Assembly: GCA_001600695.1 (NCBI GenBank)
Contig: BCKQ01000003.1
Location: forward strand, 1,494,526 to 1,558,525
DNA length: 64,000 nt
Source of the DNA: Ascoidea asiatica JCM 7603
Taxonomy: Eukaryota; Fungi; Ascomycota
Reading direction: 5' to 3'
The notes below the pieces were generated by a model. That model was not told where the DNA came from. It searched no databases and was given only the letters and a program-made list of their open reading frames with translations. Position numbers and translations under genes: made by a program. Shown here in pieces: positions 1 to 11,158 of the stretch (within the stretch, counting starts at the first letter, position 1; each line of letters starts with the position of its first letter).

Positions 1-2219
1 TTTGAAGCAGATTGAAAAAGTAAAAAACCAGCAGAATTTTGATTAGAACCATTGTTAAATTTAGATTTGGAATCTTTTGATGATTGAGTTAATAAAGTTT
101 TTAAAGATACCCCATCATTCAATATTTGAAAGAAATTTAAAGAAGATTTTGAATCGGTAATAAATGAACTCAACATTAAAGTAAAAGCGGATTTCATTAA
201 AGGTGTATTTGTTTTGATTAAACCCCAGTAAATGAAATCAAAAGTTGTATTATCTTCATCATTGATAAACCATTGATCAGCAGCAGGATCAATAATATTT
301 ATATAATATATTAAGAGGTAAAGTCTTTCAAGATCTGCAATTTCAGTTACTTCATCTAAAATAGAATAGTTTATAATTTTATTATTTACATTTGAACCAT
401 TATTACTATTTGGACTATTATTTATCATTCCATTATTATTATTTATATTGCTATTCAAGTTGTTGTTAATACCATTATCATTATTATTATTATTTTGATT
501 ATTGTCATTATTACCATTAATATTATTGTTATTAGACAAAAGAAAATCTTCTTCAAAATCAGAAATTTTGTTTAATAAATTTAAACAATTTTTAATGAAC
601 TGCTTTACAACTAATATTAACTGAGAAGAGATTAAAGATTTAAAATTTTCATTTAATTTATATGTATTTTGTATTTCAGCCAATTGATTACTTTTTGAAT
701 TTATTGAACTATTAGAACCATCAGTATATGAATTATTATTAATATCATTGAGATTATTATTACTATTAATACTGTTACTATTATTATAATTTGAATTAAA
801 ATTATTATTAGTATTAAATTTTGAATCAAAAGCATTTGAAGCTAAAGAATTATTGATTAAATCTGAAGAAGAATCAAGTAATTGTGAAGGTGATAAAGGT
901 GGTAAATGTTTTTGTAAAATATATCTAAAATCAATAAAAGATTTTTTTGATAATTTAAAATCTAAAAAATTTTCACAATTTGAATTTGTACTTGAATAAT
1001 TTGAAATATCTGCAGTTATGGACATTAAAGCTTCAATTGAAGATAATTTTATAGTATCTAAAATTAAATTTTGTAAAGAATGAATTTTATATTTATCAAT
1101 TTTGGAAAAAATAGTATAATTTAATAAATTTGTTAAAAATATAAAAGCTAATGAAGAAAAAATTGGATTTGTATTTAATAAAGAATCACTTATTTTTAAT
1201 TGATTAATGAAATAATTGTATAAAGTATCAATTTTTTTTAAATTATCATTTTTTTGATTATTTTCAATTTTGAATAAATTATTAAAATAATTAAGAATTG
1301 GAGGTAAATAAAATATAATAAATAAATCATTTTTATTATCATTTAAATAAATATTTTCTTTTAAAAAAAATTTTATAAATAAATTTATATCAATATTGAT
1401 ATTTATATTTGTATAAGAATATAAAATTTCAGATAAAATTTGAAAATTATTAATTAATTGAGATTTTTTAAAATTTATTTTCAATAAAAATTGTTGATTG
1501 AAATTATTTAAATTATTATCATTATTTAATAATTTATTTTGAATTAATTGATCATTTATGAAATTGAATTGAGAATTAATATTATTAATTGAATTAAATA
1601 AAGAAATTGATAAAAATTGATCATCATTAATAATAAAATCAGGTAAATAATTTGAATTTAATAAAAAAGATAATATTAGAAGTAAAATTTCATTTCTTTT
1701 ATAATAATGTATAATTGCTTGATCTAATTGATCTATACCTTGAATTGAAATATTTTTATTATTAATAAAAGATTGATTTGAGTTTGAATTTGAATTTGAA
1801 TTTGAATTAATGTCAGAAGAAATTAATAATTCACAAGCTATCAATTCATCAATATTTAAGAATTGTGATAATTGAATAGTCAATAATTTAAAAGGTTGAT
1901 TTAAATTATAAATAAATGGAGAATTATTTGAATAAATTTTAATATTTGAACCTTTTTCAATCAAATCTCTTGAAATTTGATTTGGTTTTTTGATATTTAA
2001 TAAAGTTTTGAAATCATCTTTAAAATAATTTAAAATATTTTCAATTTGTAAAATTTCAGAAATATTTTCAAGATTTGAATTATTTGAATTTGAATTTGAA
2101 TTTGAATTTGAATTTGAATTTGAACTTAATAATTGATATAAAGATTGAAATTCATTTAAATCCCAATGCAAAATATTTGAATCATCAGAGGATATTGTTG
2201 TTGCAGAAGTCAAAGACAT
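1..2219 (-). CDS. NUP192: Nucleoporin Nup192, 5' part (runs off the left end of the window)
   Basis: Not in the ORF track because there is no stop inside the window. ATG at 2219 gives MSLTSATTISSDDSNILHWDLNEFQSLYQ...ISRDLIEKG...NLNQPFKLLTIQLSQFLNIDELIACELL...HYYKRNEILLLILSFL, which resembles the yeast Nup192 N-terminus (W...FQTLY, RSQLEKG, NQEF...LNLDEIVACEL). The frame is also open at position 1. Confidence 0.8.
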   Translation of the reverse strand, partial: MSLTSATTISSDDSNILHWDLNEFQSLYQLLSSNSNSNSNSNSNSNNSNLENISEILQIENILNYFKDDFKTLLNIKKPNQISRDLIEKGSNIKIYSNNSPFIYNLNQPFKLLTIQLSQFLNIDELIACELLISSDINSNSNSNSNSNQSFINNKNISIQGIDQLDQAIIHYYKRNEILLLILSFLLNSNYLPDFIINDDQFLSISLFNSINNINSQFNFINDQLIQNKLLNNDNNLNNFNQQFLLKINFKKSQLINNFQILSEILYSYTNININIDINLFIKFFLKENIYLNDNKNDLFIIFYLPPILNYFNNLFKIENNQKNDNLKKIDTLYNYFINQLKISDSLLNTNPIFSSLAFIFLTNLLNYTIFSKIDKYKIHSLQNLILDTIKLSSIEALMSITADISNYSSTNSNCENFLDFKLSKKSFIDFRYILQKHLPPLSPSQLLDSSSDLINNSLASNAFDSKFNTNNNFNSNYNNSNSINSNNNLNDINNNSYTDGSNSSINSKSNQLAEIQNTYKLNENFKSLISSQLILVVKQFIKNCLNLLNKISDFEEDFLLSNNNNINGNNDNNQNNNNNDNGINNNLNSNINNNNGMINNSPNSNNGSNVNNKIINYSILDEVTEIADLERLYLLIYYINIIDPAADQWFINDEDNTTFDFIYWGLIKTNTPLMKSAFTLMLSSFITDSKSSLNFFQILNDGVSLKTLLTQSSKDSKSKFNNGSNQNSAGFLLFQSAS

Positions 2220-2555
2220 TATTTGAATTTCAAATACAATTGAATTTGTATCCTTTAGTTTAAATTGATTAAAGGTAAATCAATAATAATTTAATTGATT
2301 GTTTATATATTTTCTATTCTTGTTGATATTTTGATCAATATTCAATTGCAGTGGAACACTTTCAATTTTTCAAGTTCAGATTCAATAAATTATCAAACCG
2401 GTCATGTGATGAAGATTACGTAAGCAATCACATAATCAGAAAATATTTTGAGACCATTTTAATGGGTTTGGAAAAAAAATAGAAGAACACCCGCAAACGT
2501 GGTCTCTTCTACATTTACAAAATTATTTTTATGTTTATGTTTATGTTTATTTGAA

Positions 2556-4085
2556 CTAATCAATTCTAACTAAATGTTGTTTATCAGTATTTATAGATTT
2601 TGCAATTGTTATTTCTCTACTATCAAGATCAAAAACAGTATAAGAATATTTTAAAAAAGTATTACCAAGGATTAAATAAACATTATCATTATCTGAATCA
2701 TAATTTAAATCTTTTTCAATTGGTTTTATAGCTAAGAAACAATCTGAAGAATCTGAGGAATCTGAATAATTTGAGAAATAATTATTAATTTTTTGAAAAA
2801 AATTTGAAATTGGAATTTTTATAATAAGATTTTTAAATTTAAATTGTAAATTATAATTTTTTTTTGAAATTTTATTAAAATCATTACAATTACCAATAAA
2901 ATAATTTAATTTTTTTGAAAAATTTAAATCTAAATTTAAATTATTTGAAATTTGATTAATTGAATTATTTGGTAATTTAATAAATTCTTCAGATGTATCA
3001 AAAATTGCAGGATATGTTGTGAAATTATCAATTAATAAATTTTCTGAATTTTTTAAAGATAATGATAATTTATTTAAATGTATACCTAATTCCATTTTTG
3101 ATTTAAAAGAATTTGAAGTTGTTGAAGTTATTGAATTTGAAATTGAATTTGAATCAGATATTGAAGTATAATTATATCTATTTGACATTGGTAAAGTTAC
3201 AAAATTATTTTTATTAACTTTTTTTGAATCAATTGCACCAAATAATAAAATACCATTATTATTTAAATTATTTATATAAATTGAATATAAATTTTTTGAA
3301 AGGTAACCATCATTTAATAATTTTGAAGGTAAATTATTATAACCTTTATTATAACCAAAATTTAAATTATCAGATAAACCAAGACCTAAGATTGGATAAG
3401 ATAAATTTCCATTAATTTGAATACCAAATTCTTGATGATTTAAAATTATATTATTATTCAAAATAAATATATCTTCTGCAAATAATAAATCATTAATTTG
3501 ATAAATATTATTAAATAAATTAATATTTAGATTTAAATTTGAATTTGGTAATAAAGTTATATCATTTAATTTACTTTTAAATTGATTTGTAGTTGAATTT
3601 ATAATTGTATGATAAGTTGTAGAAGAATTATAATTGAAATAATTATCTGAATTATTTAAAGATGATGAAGATGAAGATGAAGAAGTATTTGAGATTAATA
3701 TAAGATCAGAAATAGTAGTATCTAAAATAAAAGAAATATTTTGAGAAGGAGTACCAACTAATAAATTAGTTTTATAAATTATTTTATTATTTAAATCATC
3801 ATTTATTGTAATTGAAGAAGAATCAAGATTAATTTCATCATAACCATTACCAGAAGTTAAACCTCTTTTTGAAAATTTATTATTAATTAAATTATTATTA
3901 ATTATTTCAAAATTTAAAGATAATGGAATTTGATTATTTGAAAAATCAGAAAATTTTAAATTATGAGAATTTGAATTTAAAAATTTAGGTATATAAAGAG
4001 AATTTGATAAATATGGAAAAAAAATAATAAGAATATTAAAAAAACATATTAAAAAATGAATATTTATAATTGAATTTAGAATCAT
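2556..4085 (-). CDS. Secreted pepsin-family (A1, yapsin/Sap-like) aspartic protease homolog with degenerate active-site motifs
   Basis: Hydrophobic signal peptide, Kex2-type KR site (FSKR), VGTPSQ..FILDTT, GILLFGAID, AIFDTS, CFLAI, ILGNTFLKYSYTVFDLD; no GPI tail. Confidence 0.8.
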   Translation of the reverse strand: MILNSIINIHFLICFFNILIIFFPYLSNSLYIPKFLNSNSHNLKFSDFSNNQIPLSLNFEIINNNLINNKFSKRGLTSGNGYDEINLDSSSITINDDLNNKIIYKTNLLVGTPSQNISFILDTTISDLILISNTSSSSSSSSLNNSDNYFNYNSSTTYHTIINSTTNQFKSKLNDITLLPNSNLNLNINLFNNIYQINDLLFAEDIFILNNNIILNHQEFGIQINGNLSYPILGLGLSDNLNFGYNKGYNNLPSKLLNDGYLSKNLYSIYINNLNNNGILLFGAIDSKKVNKNNFVTLPMSNRYNYTSISDSNSISNSITSTTSNSFKSKMELGIHLNKLSLSLKNSENLLIDNFTTYPAIFDTSEEFIKLPNNSINQISNNLNLDLNFSKKLNYFIGNCNDFNKISKKNYNLQFKFKNLIIKIPISNFFQKINNYFSNYSDSSDSSDCFLAIKPIEKDLNYDSDNDNVYLILGNTFLKYSYTVFDLDSREITIAKSINTDKQHLVRID

Positions 4086-4479
4086 TATTAAATTTTCAAA
4101 TTACACGATGAAATAATTAAACTTTTTCTTTTTTTGAAGTAGAAAATTGGTTATTTATATTGATAGAGATTGAAAATTAGATTTTGAATTTGATTAGGTT
4201 AATGTTAATTATTTTCAATGATTATTATCCTATTTATTAAATTCATTGTTTATTTGCAAGTAGCTGATATTGATTACTACATATTGTAATTGTAATTGTA
4301 ATACTTGAATGTTTTTAAAGTAAAGTTAATGTTAATATACATTTATTATTAATGGTAAGTTAAATTAAAGGTTTTGACCTTATGTTTGGTAAAGGATTAT
4401 TTATGATAAAGGAGTGGTACCTTTAGATCTGAATTTGCCCTAAAATAAGAGAAGTAGTGTCCTACTTCGGGTGTCTGTC

Positions 4480-4740
4480 TTTTAGGACGCCCGATCAGCC
4501 CCCTCTAATTAGCCTCGGTGTGTCGCAGCACACGGCTGGCAAAGAAAGTGTCATGTGACATTCTTATTTTCTACTGAAGACGCCTCTGGCAGTGCTGCAA
4601 AGACACGTGCAACGTTTTGGCGCGTTGGGCACGTCTGACAGCGGTTTTTCTTGGGCTTGCTCTGGGGTTGCAGCAGAGTCACCTGACAGGAAGCACTGCT
4701 TCGAGACGGTTACCGCAATAAGCAATTACACCGCTTTCAC
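4480..4740. promoter_or_regulatory. GC-rich divergent promoter between the protease and PHO4, with E-boxes
   Basis: GTCATGTGAC at 4550-4559 and CACGTG at 4604-4609 lie in a GC-rich island within AT-rich DNA. Confidence 0.5.
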
Positions 4741-4899
4741 GAAAAGAAAGTCAATTTTGAGAAATTAGCATTAAATTTGATAAACCTTTAAATAATTGCA
4801 ATTATTACAAGTATTACAAGTATTAGAATCATTAGAATCATTACAATTATATTAACCACATTCATATTATAATCATATTCGGTTCTATTAATCTTCAAT

Positions 4900-7680
4900 A
4901 TGGAGTCTTCTTTAAGTCCAGTCGAAAATAACTTAAATAACATAAATCATTTGAATAATATGAATCAGTTAAATAATATAAATCATTTGAATAATATGAA
5001 TCAAGTAAATAATATAAATAACTTTAGCAACAATAATCATAATATCAATAATGATATATCTTTTGATTTCAATCTAAAAAATCAAATGAATTCAAACATC
5101 AACAATAACAATAATAACAATAATAACAATAATAGTAATAGTAATACCAATACCAATGGCAACGAATTATTAAATGAAATATTCAATAATTCAAATGATT
5201 TATCACTTGATATTAATCAAATCAATAATTTTAATCATTTAAATACTACAAATACAAATAGTACAAATACAAATGGTACAAATACAAATGCAAATTCAAA
5301 TTCAAATTCAAATTCAAACAATATGAATAACTTAAATAACATGAATTTCAATATGAACTTGAATATGAATGATGTCTATCAATATATAAATCAAGATCAA
5401 AATATTAATATCAATAATAACGCCCACAATAACAATAACAATAACAATCTCAATACTAATACTAATAACAATACCAATAACAATAACAATTGTAATAATA
5501 ATAATACAAATAATACTCCTTTTATAGATCCAATCATTGATACAAGTTTCTTAGATTTCTCAAATGATTTAAATATTTCAAATCTTAATTCAAATATTAA
5601 TCAAAATATTGATCATAATTTTATTGATTTAAATGATAAAATTTTAAATAATACAAATGATTTAAATAATGATTTATTTTCTCCATTTATTGATCCTCAA
5701 TTAAATATTAATATTAATCAATCTAATCATAACAACAATAATAATAATAACAATAACTTAAACAACAATAACAATAACAACAACTTAAATAAAAATAACA
5801 ACTTAAATAATCATTTAAATGAATTATTCTTTACACCATTATTATCTCCGGCAATGACTCCATTAGATTCCATTCAATCTCAATCTCAAAATCAAATTCA
5901 AATTCAAAACCAAAATCAAAATCAAAATCAAAATCAAATGCAGAATCAAATGCAAAATCAAAATAATTTTATACCTTTAACTTCTCCAGCGCTTCAAGCT
6001 TTCAAATCTCCTGCTTATTACAATAATTTAAACTCTAATTCAAATTCAAATTCAAATTCAAACTCAATTCCTCAAATTATTCAAAGACAAGTCACTTTTG
6101 ATAAACAACAACAACAACAGCAAAAACAAAACTCAAATATATTATCAAATACCTCTGATACAACGTCACCTAATAGTTTGATAAGTTATACTTCTTCTGC
6201 TCATTCATCAACTGTAACTTCTTTACCTCCTCCTTCTGTAAATAACTCCAATATTTCCAATATCAATAACATCAATAACATCAATAATTTCAATAATATC
6301 AATAATATTAATAATATTAATAATACTTCTAATAAAAGAGATTCTTCTTTAATCTATTCAAAAAGATCAAAATCAAAATCAAGAATAGATTTAAATTCTT
6401 TTCAACAATCTCCAAATTTAAATTTAAATTCAAATACTTCTTCTGGAAGAATCTCAAAAAAAAATTCTCCAATTATAAAACCTGGAATGAGACAATCTCC
6501 CAGAATTTTGGCTTTTAATAAAAGAAAATCTTCTATAACTAATTTATCAAAAACTTTAATTGATAATGATAATAATAACGATAATGATGAAGATGATGAT
6601 GATGATAATGATTCTTCAATGTTACCTCCTTCAAATATACCATCAAATATACCTCAAAATATTTCTCAAAATTCAATAATTAATGAAAATATCTCAACTT
6701 CTACAAATCAATCTATAATACCTGCAACATTTATGAATTTTAAAGGTAAAAAATCTTTACAACCAAAATCTTTAAGAAAATCTTCTTCAAGTAGTATTAA
6801 TTCTTCAAATTCAAATAATAATAATAATAATAATAATAGTAATAATAGTTTACAACAAATTCAAAAACATCAATCTATAATTAAATTAAATCAACCTTTA
6901 AGTCAAAATCCAAGTCCTCAAATATTACCAATGAATTCAAATATGAATTTTTATAATCCTCAAAATCAAAATTCTCCAATAATTTTACCTTCAAATAATG
7001 GTAATATTTCTGCTTATAATTTCACTCAAATTCCAAATGAATTTATAATTTCAACAAGTTCTTTAGGTAAAAAAAATTCTTATTTAGATAATTCATCTAC
7101 TAAAAAAACTTCACATAAATTAGCTGAACAAGGTAGAAGAAATAGAATGAATAATGCAATTATTGATCTTGGAAATTTATTACCTCAAGATTTAAAAGAT
7201 TCTGTTCCAATTCCAAGTAAAGCAACTACTGTTGAACTTGCTTCAAAATATATTAAATATTTATTAACTGAACTTCATGATATTAGAATTGAATCTTTGA
7301 AACTGATGTCTAATTCAAATCAAGAAAATAAAGAGATAAAAACTGTGTCAGAGCCTAAACTAGAAGAAAAAAAAAAAACTGAACCGGAATTAGATATTGA
7401 TATTGAAAAAGAAGTTGAGGCTGAAAAACAACCTGAAACTAAAACTAAAATCAATTTAGAGAAATCTTCTGAAGATGCTTGTTCGGAAAGTGTTAATGAT
7501 GAAAAAAAAGATGCTGAGATTTCGGGTATTGAGATTGAAAATGATCAAGTATCAAAAATAGAATCAAAATTGGTTGAAAAGGATGAAATTGTAGAAAGTA
7601 AAGTAAACGAGAATATAAAAAGTTCTCAAAACACAAAAATTGATTCAACTATCATAAAGCCTGAAAAGAAAGAAGAGTGA
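4900..7680 (+). CDS. PHO4: bHLH phosphate-response transcription factor Pho4
   Basis: KKTSHKLAEQGRRNRMN...PSKATTVELASKYI is a Pho4-type bHLH; several SP sites (FTPLLSP, PLTSPAL, SPII, SPRI, SPQI); poly-Asn tracts. Confidence 0.88.
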   Translation: MESSLSPVENNLNNINHLNNMNQLNNINHLNNMNQVNNINNFSNNNHNINNDISFDFNLKNQMNSNINNNNNNNNNNNSNSNTNTNGNELLNEIFNNSNDLSLDINQINNFNHLNTTNTNSTNTNGTNTNANSNSNSNSNNMNNLNNMNFNMNLNMNDVYQYINQDQNININNNAHNNNNNNNLNTNTNNNTNNNNNCNNNNTNNTPFIDPIIDTSFLDFSNDLNISNLNSNINQNIDHNFIDLNDKILNNTNDLNNDLFSPFIDPQLNININQSNHNNNNNNNNNLNNNNNNNNLNKNNNLNNHLNELFFTPLLSPAMTPLDSIQSQSQNQIQIQNQNQNQNQNQMQNQMQNQNNFIPLTSPALQAFKSPAYYNNLNSNSNSNSNSNSIPQIIQRQVTFDKQQQQQQKQNSNILSNTSDTTSPNSLISYTSSAHSSTVTSLPPPSVNNSNISNINNINNINNFNNINNINNINNTSNKRDSSLIYSKRSKSKSRIDLNSFQQSPNLNLNSNTSSGRISKKNSPIIKPGMRQSPRILAFNKRKSSITNLSKTLIDNDNNNDNDEDDDDDNDSSMLPPSNIPSNIPQNISQNSIINENISTSTNQSIIPATFMNFKGKKSLQPKSLRKSSSSSINSSNSNNNNNNNNSNNSLQQIQKHQSIIKLNQPLSQNPSPQILPMNSNMNFYNPQNQNSPIILPSNNGNISAYNFTQIPNEFIISTSSLGKKNSYLDNSSTKKTSHKLAEQGRRNRMNNAIIDLGNLLPQDLKDSVPIPSKATTVELASKYIKYLLTELHDIRIESLKLMSNSNQENKEIKTVSEPKLEEKKKTEPELDIDIEKEVEAEKQPETKTKINLEKSSEDACSESVNDEKKDAEISGIEIENDQVSKIESKLVEKDEIVESKVNENIKSSQNTKIDSTIIKPEKKEE

Positions 7681-8744
7681 ATATTATTTTTATAGAATTT
7701 TATCACTAAATTGTTTATTATTGTATGTACATTTATTAATTTTTATTAGTTATTTTTTAGTTATTATTTATTGTTTATTATTTATTGTTTATTGATTGTT
7801 ATTTTTTTATTTTGCTTTTTGGTTATATAGATTTAATTAGAAAAACATTTCCATTGTAATTGGTGCTGAATCTTTCGAGATACAACAAAATGTATTTCAG
7901 TGAAAAGCTCAAATCAAAATTTTATTAATGTAATTGATACTGTTAAATTAAATTCAAAACAAAGTATAAAAATATAGCCTAATGATATTAATTTAGTTGA
8001 AATTAGAAATCCAAATTATACATAGTATGAAATTAGCTAGAGATGCTTATATTCATATTGAAGAAAATAGAAATGAAACTATTCCTAAAAATAAATTAGA
8101 AACTGATATCAATTATATTAAAGGTATTAAACTATTATCAATCAAATTTTGTCTCAATATATCAATACCATTAATAGTAACAGTAACAATGATAATAATA
8201 ATAATAATAACAATATTATAGAATACATTCCATGGGACCCCTCCTTTTAAATCAAAAAAATATTTCAAAAGAAGATTAGAAGAAAATAGTGTGATACTTT
8301 AAGTGAAAGAAATGATACCGGCTAACCTTTATTGAAAACATTTTTAAAGCTTTATTCTATAGGCTATTATACAGTTTATAAAGTCTATTAAGTCTAAAAG
8401 CAATAGCAAAGCAAAGCAAAGTGATCTAAGTTTATCTATTTTGTTTTTTTCATTTCTTTTACTTCCTTACATCTCTTCCTTGGTGGGATTTGAAAATAAT
8501 GGTTTTGAATTACGCGTTTGGCTCCATGCCCAATTTTGCTTGAACAAAAAAAAAAAAACGGCACGTGACAAAAACTCTATCTTTAATTAACGTTACGAAA
8601 AATGGCTCCTTTTACTTTATTTATGAATCGCCCTGGTACTTCAGTTATCACTTATTTTATTTATTCATTCATTCATTTATTTCATTTTATTTTATTTTAT
8701 TTTATTTTATTTTATTTCATTTCAATCACTTGAATTTTTGTTCT

Positions 8745-9123
8745 TAGCCACATGATTGAAGCCTTGTTGAAATGGAATTTTGTATGACATTTGAGATCTG
8801 AAATGAGAAAAGAAAAGAAAAGAAAAGAAAAGAAAACAGAAATAAAGCCAGAGAAAGCGATAATTCTATTATTCGGTACAATTTTTGGGTTATTCAAAAT
8901 AATGGTGATTGAGGTATAAACCCATTTCATTCAGAACTATTCAGGTTTATCAATAATTTCTAATAGAAACAACTCAGATATATCTAAATGTAAAAGAATC
9001 ATCATTATCATTATCACTTTTGAATTTCTTTTTACCAAATATTCTATCTTTCAACGAGAAATTGGCTTAAATTGAAGGAGCATTTGATTTTATTCCTGTT
9101 GTAGAAGTTTGGGTCCTGACCAT
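8745..9123 (-). pseudogene. Possible decayed gene fragment
   Basis: ATG at 9123 reads MVRTQTSTTGIKSNAPSI*ANFSLKDRIFGKKKFKSDNDNDDSF, then frameshifted coding-like text (LEIIDKPE*F*MKWVYTSITII...). No family recognised. Confidence 0.25.
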
Positions 9124-9539
9124 TAAAAATTAAAGGATATGTGGAAATTGAAATATAATAGAGATTAAAATGTAAATATATGAACATAACAACTTTTCAT
9201 TAGAAATCATTAAGTTGGAGATTTGCGACTTGTAAAGCAAACCAAATATTTGAGGTGTTAGTGATATGCAGAAGAAAAAACCTTAATTAACCTTAAATTT
9301 CTTATTGATATTAAAATAGTGCTTTTTATCATAATGGATTGTTGCTATATCTCTCATTATTTGTCTGCTATACTTGACAATTATTAGAATATGCTTTTTT
9401 TAAAACAATTTTACTTCATATAAAATATTTAACTATTAAAACATTTATTATCTAAAGATTGATATAAAAAGAGCGCTTTCACCGAAAAGGGTTCTAATTT
9501 CTTTATATAAAGTTTTATATACAGTATATATTTATAATT

Positions 9540-10680
9540 AAGAAATGCTTTAAAAATTTGTTTGAAAGCTTAGAATATCATGATTTTTAGAATGCAAATA
9601 ACATCTCTACTTTAATAAAATCTCTTATTAATGCAGAAAATACAATTAAAGAAATGAGGGAAAATAAAAATGGTGTAAGATATTATTACTACAACTATTC
9701 AGAAACTGTATATTTAGGTATGATTGAAATTTCGACTAATCACTTTAAATCAACGGTTCAATTAACTTCAGCAAAAAAAATTTGATTATGAGAAAATTAA
9801 AACCAGCATTTTTTTTTCTCATAGAAAAGGGAATACTTTAAATGATCTGGATACAATTCTTCAAAAATATGTCCCAGCTCCTGTTCATAAGCCAAATCTA
9901 GAATTATCATTTTTGATAAAGAATATTTCCAAATCAGTGCTGCTACATTTTTTTGTAATCGAAAAATCAAAAGCTTGATATGATTAAGAGTTATTTTGAA
10001 ATTATTATGTTTTCTATACTTTTTTTAAACTTTTTTTATTTGCTATATAATTTTATATAATATACGGGTTCCAATATTCTTGCTATTACCTTTTAAAACT
10101 TTGTTACTTATTAATCTGAACCCCATTCTTGAACCCCTTTCAGTTTATGATAAAAGAGAATTTTTGCATGATTTATTGACTGAAGAATGAATAAGTAGAT
10201 TGGTCAAAGGTAATCAAAAAATGAAATTCTCAAATATAATTGAATAAACTTGATATTAATGATATAGATTGAAAAAGTCTTATAATTTAAACGGTCACTT
10301 GATATATGATAAATAAATTTAATTACCAGAACAATCATTCAATTGTAAGTTTTTTCTTTCTTCAAACAATTAATATAATAATATCACGGAATACAATGAA
10401 TACTTCAAACTTGGAATGATAAAATCAAACCAAACTAAATTTAATCATGTTGAAATCAAGTGGAAAAGTATGATAAATTGCAAGCAATGAAGTTATTAGG
10501 TATGCCTGACTTTTAAAAATAATGAAAATAAATCAATTACAGTCTCAACAAGGTTAATTAACAGATGGAACTTCAATGAAAATCAATTTGAGCAAGGAAT
10601 CGATGAAATTGTATCTATTAATATTGATAATAATAATAGTAGAAAAAATACTAGTGCTAAAGGTAATGTAATATGATTGA
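9540..10680 (+). pseudogene. Possible decayed gene with multiple stops and frameshifts
   Basis: Protein-like stretches broken by stops: LFESLEYHDF*NANNISTLIKSLINAENTIKEMRENKNGVRYYYYNYSETVYLGMIEIST..., TLNDLDTILQKYVPAPVHKPNLELSFL, NPILEPLSVYDKREFLHDLLTEE*, STRLINRWNFNENQFEQGIDEIVSI. Confidence 0.35.
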
Positions 10681-11158
10681 TAAAGGTAATATAATATGAT
10701 TGAAAAATTTGATGGAGTTTTCTTTTTCTTCACTTTTTGTTTTTTCATTACTATCATTATCTTGGATATTTTGAATATTGAAATAAAACAGTAGTTTGGA
10801 ATATGAATCAAATAAATAAATGTTTTTACTGCAAACACATAGAATATGTCTTTTATTAGTAAAAATATTATATAACCCCAAATCAACCATTTTTATATCA
10901 TACTACTTTGTCCAATAAATAAATTAGACAGCGATTGAATGAATATCACTTTTCAATAATTATCATTAGTATAGAATAAGTAATTGAGATTTTCGTAAAT
11001 AAAAAAAGTTTATTTATTTTAAAATTTTTCTCAAACAATGAATATTTTTTTCTTTTTTTTACATATTTGCTAATTACTCTTTTAACATTTTTTATTAGAT
11101 AAATAGATAAATAGATGAATAGTATTCATTCTAAATTTCGTTTAGTCATAATTTACAT

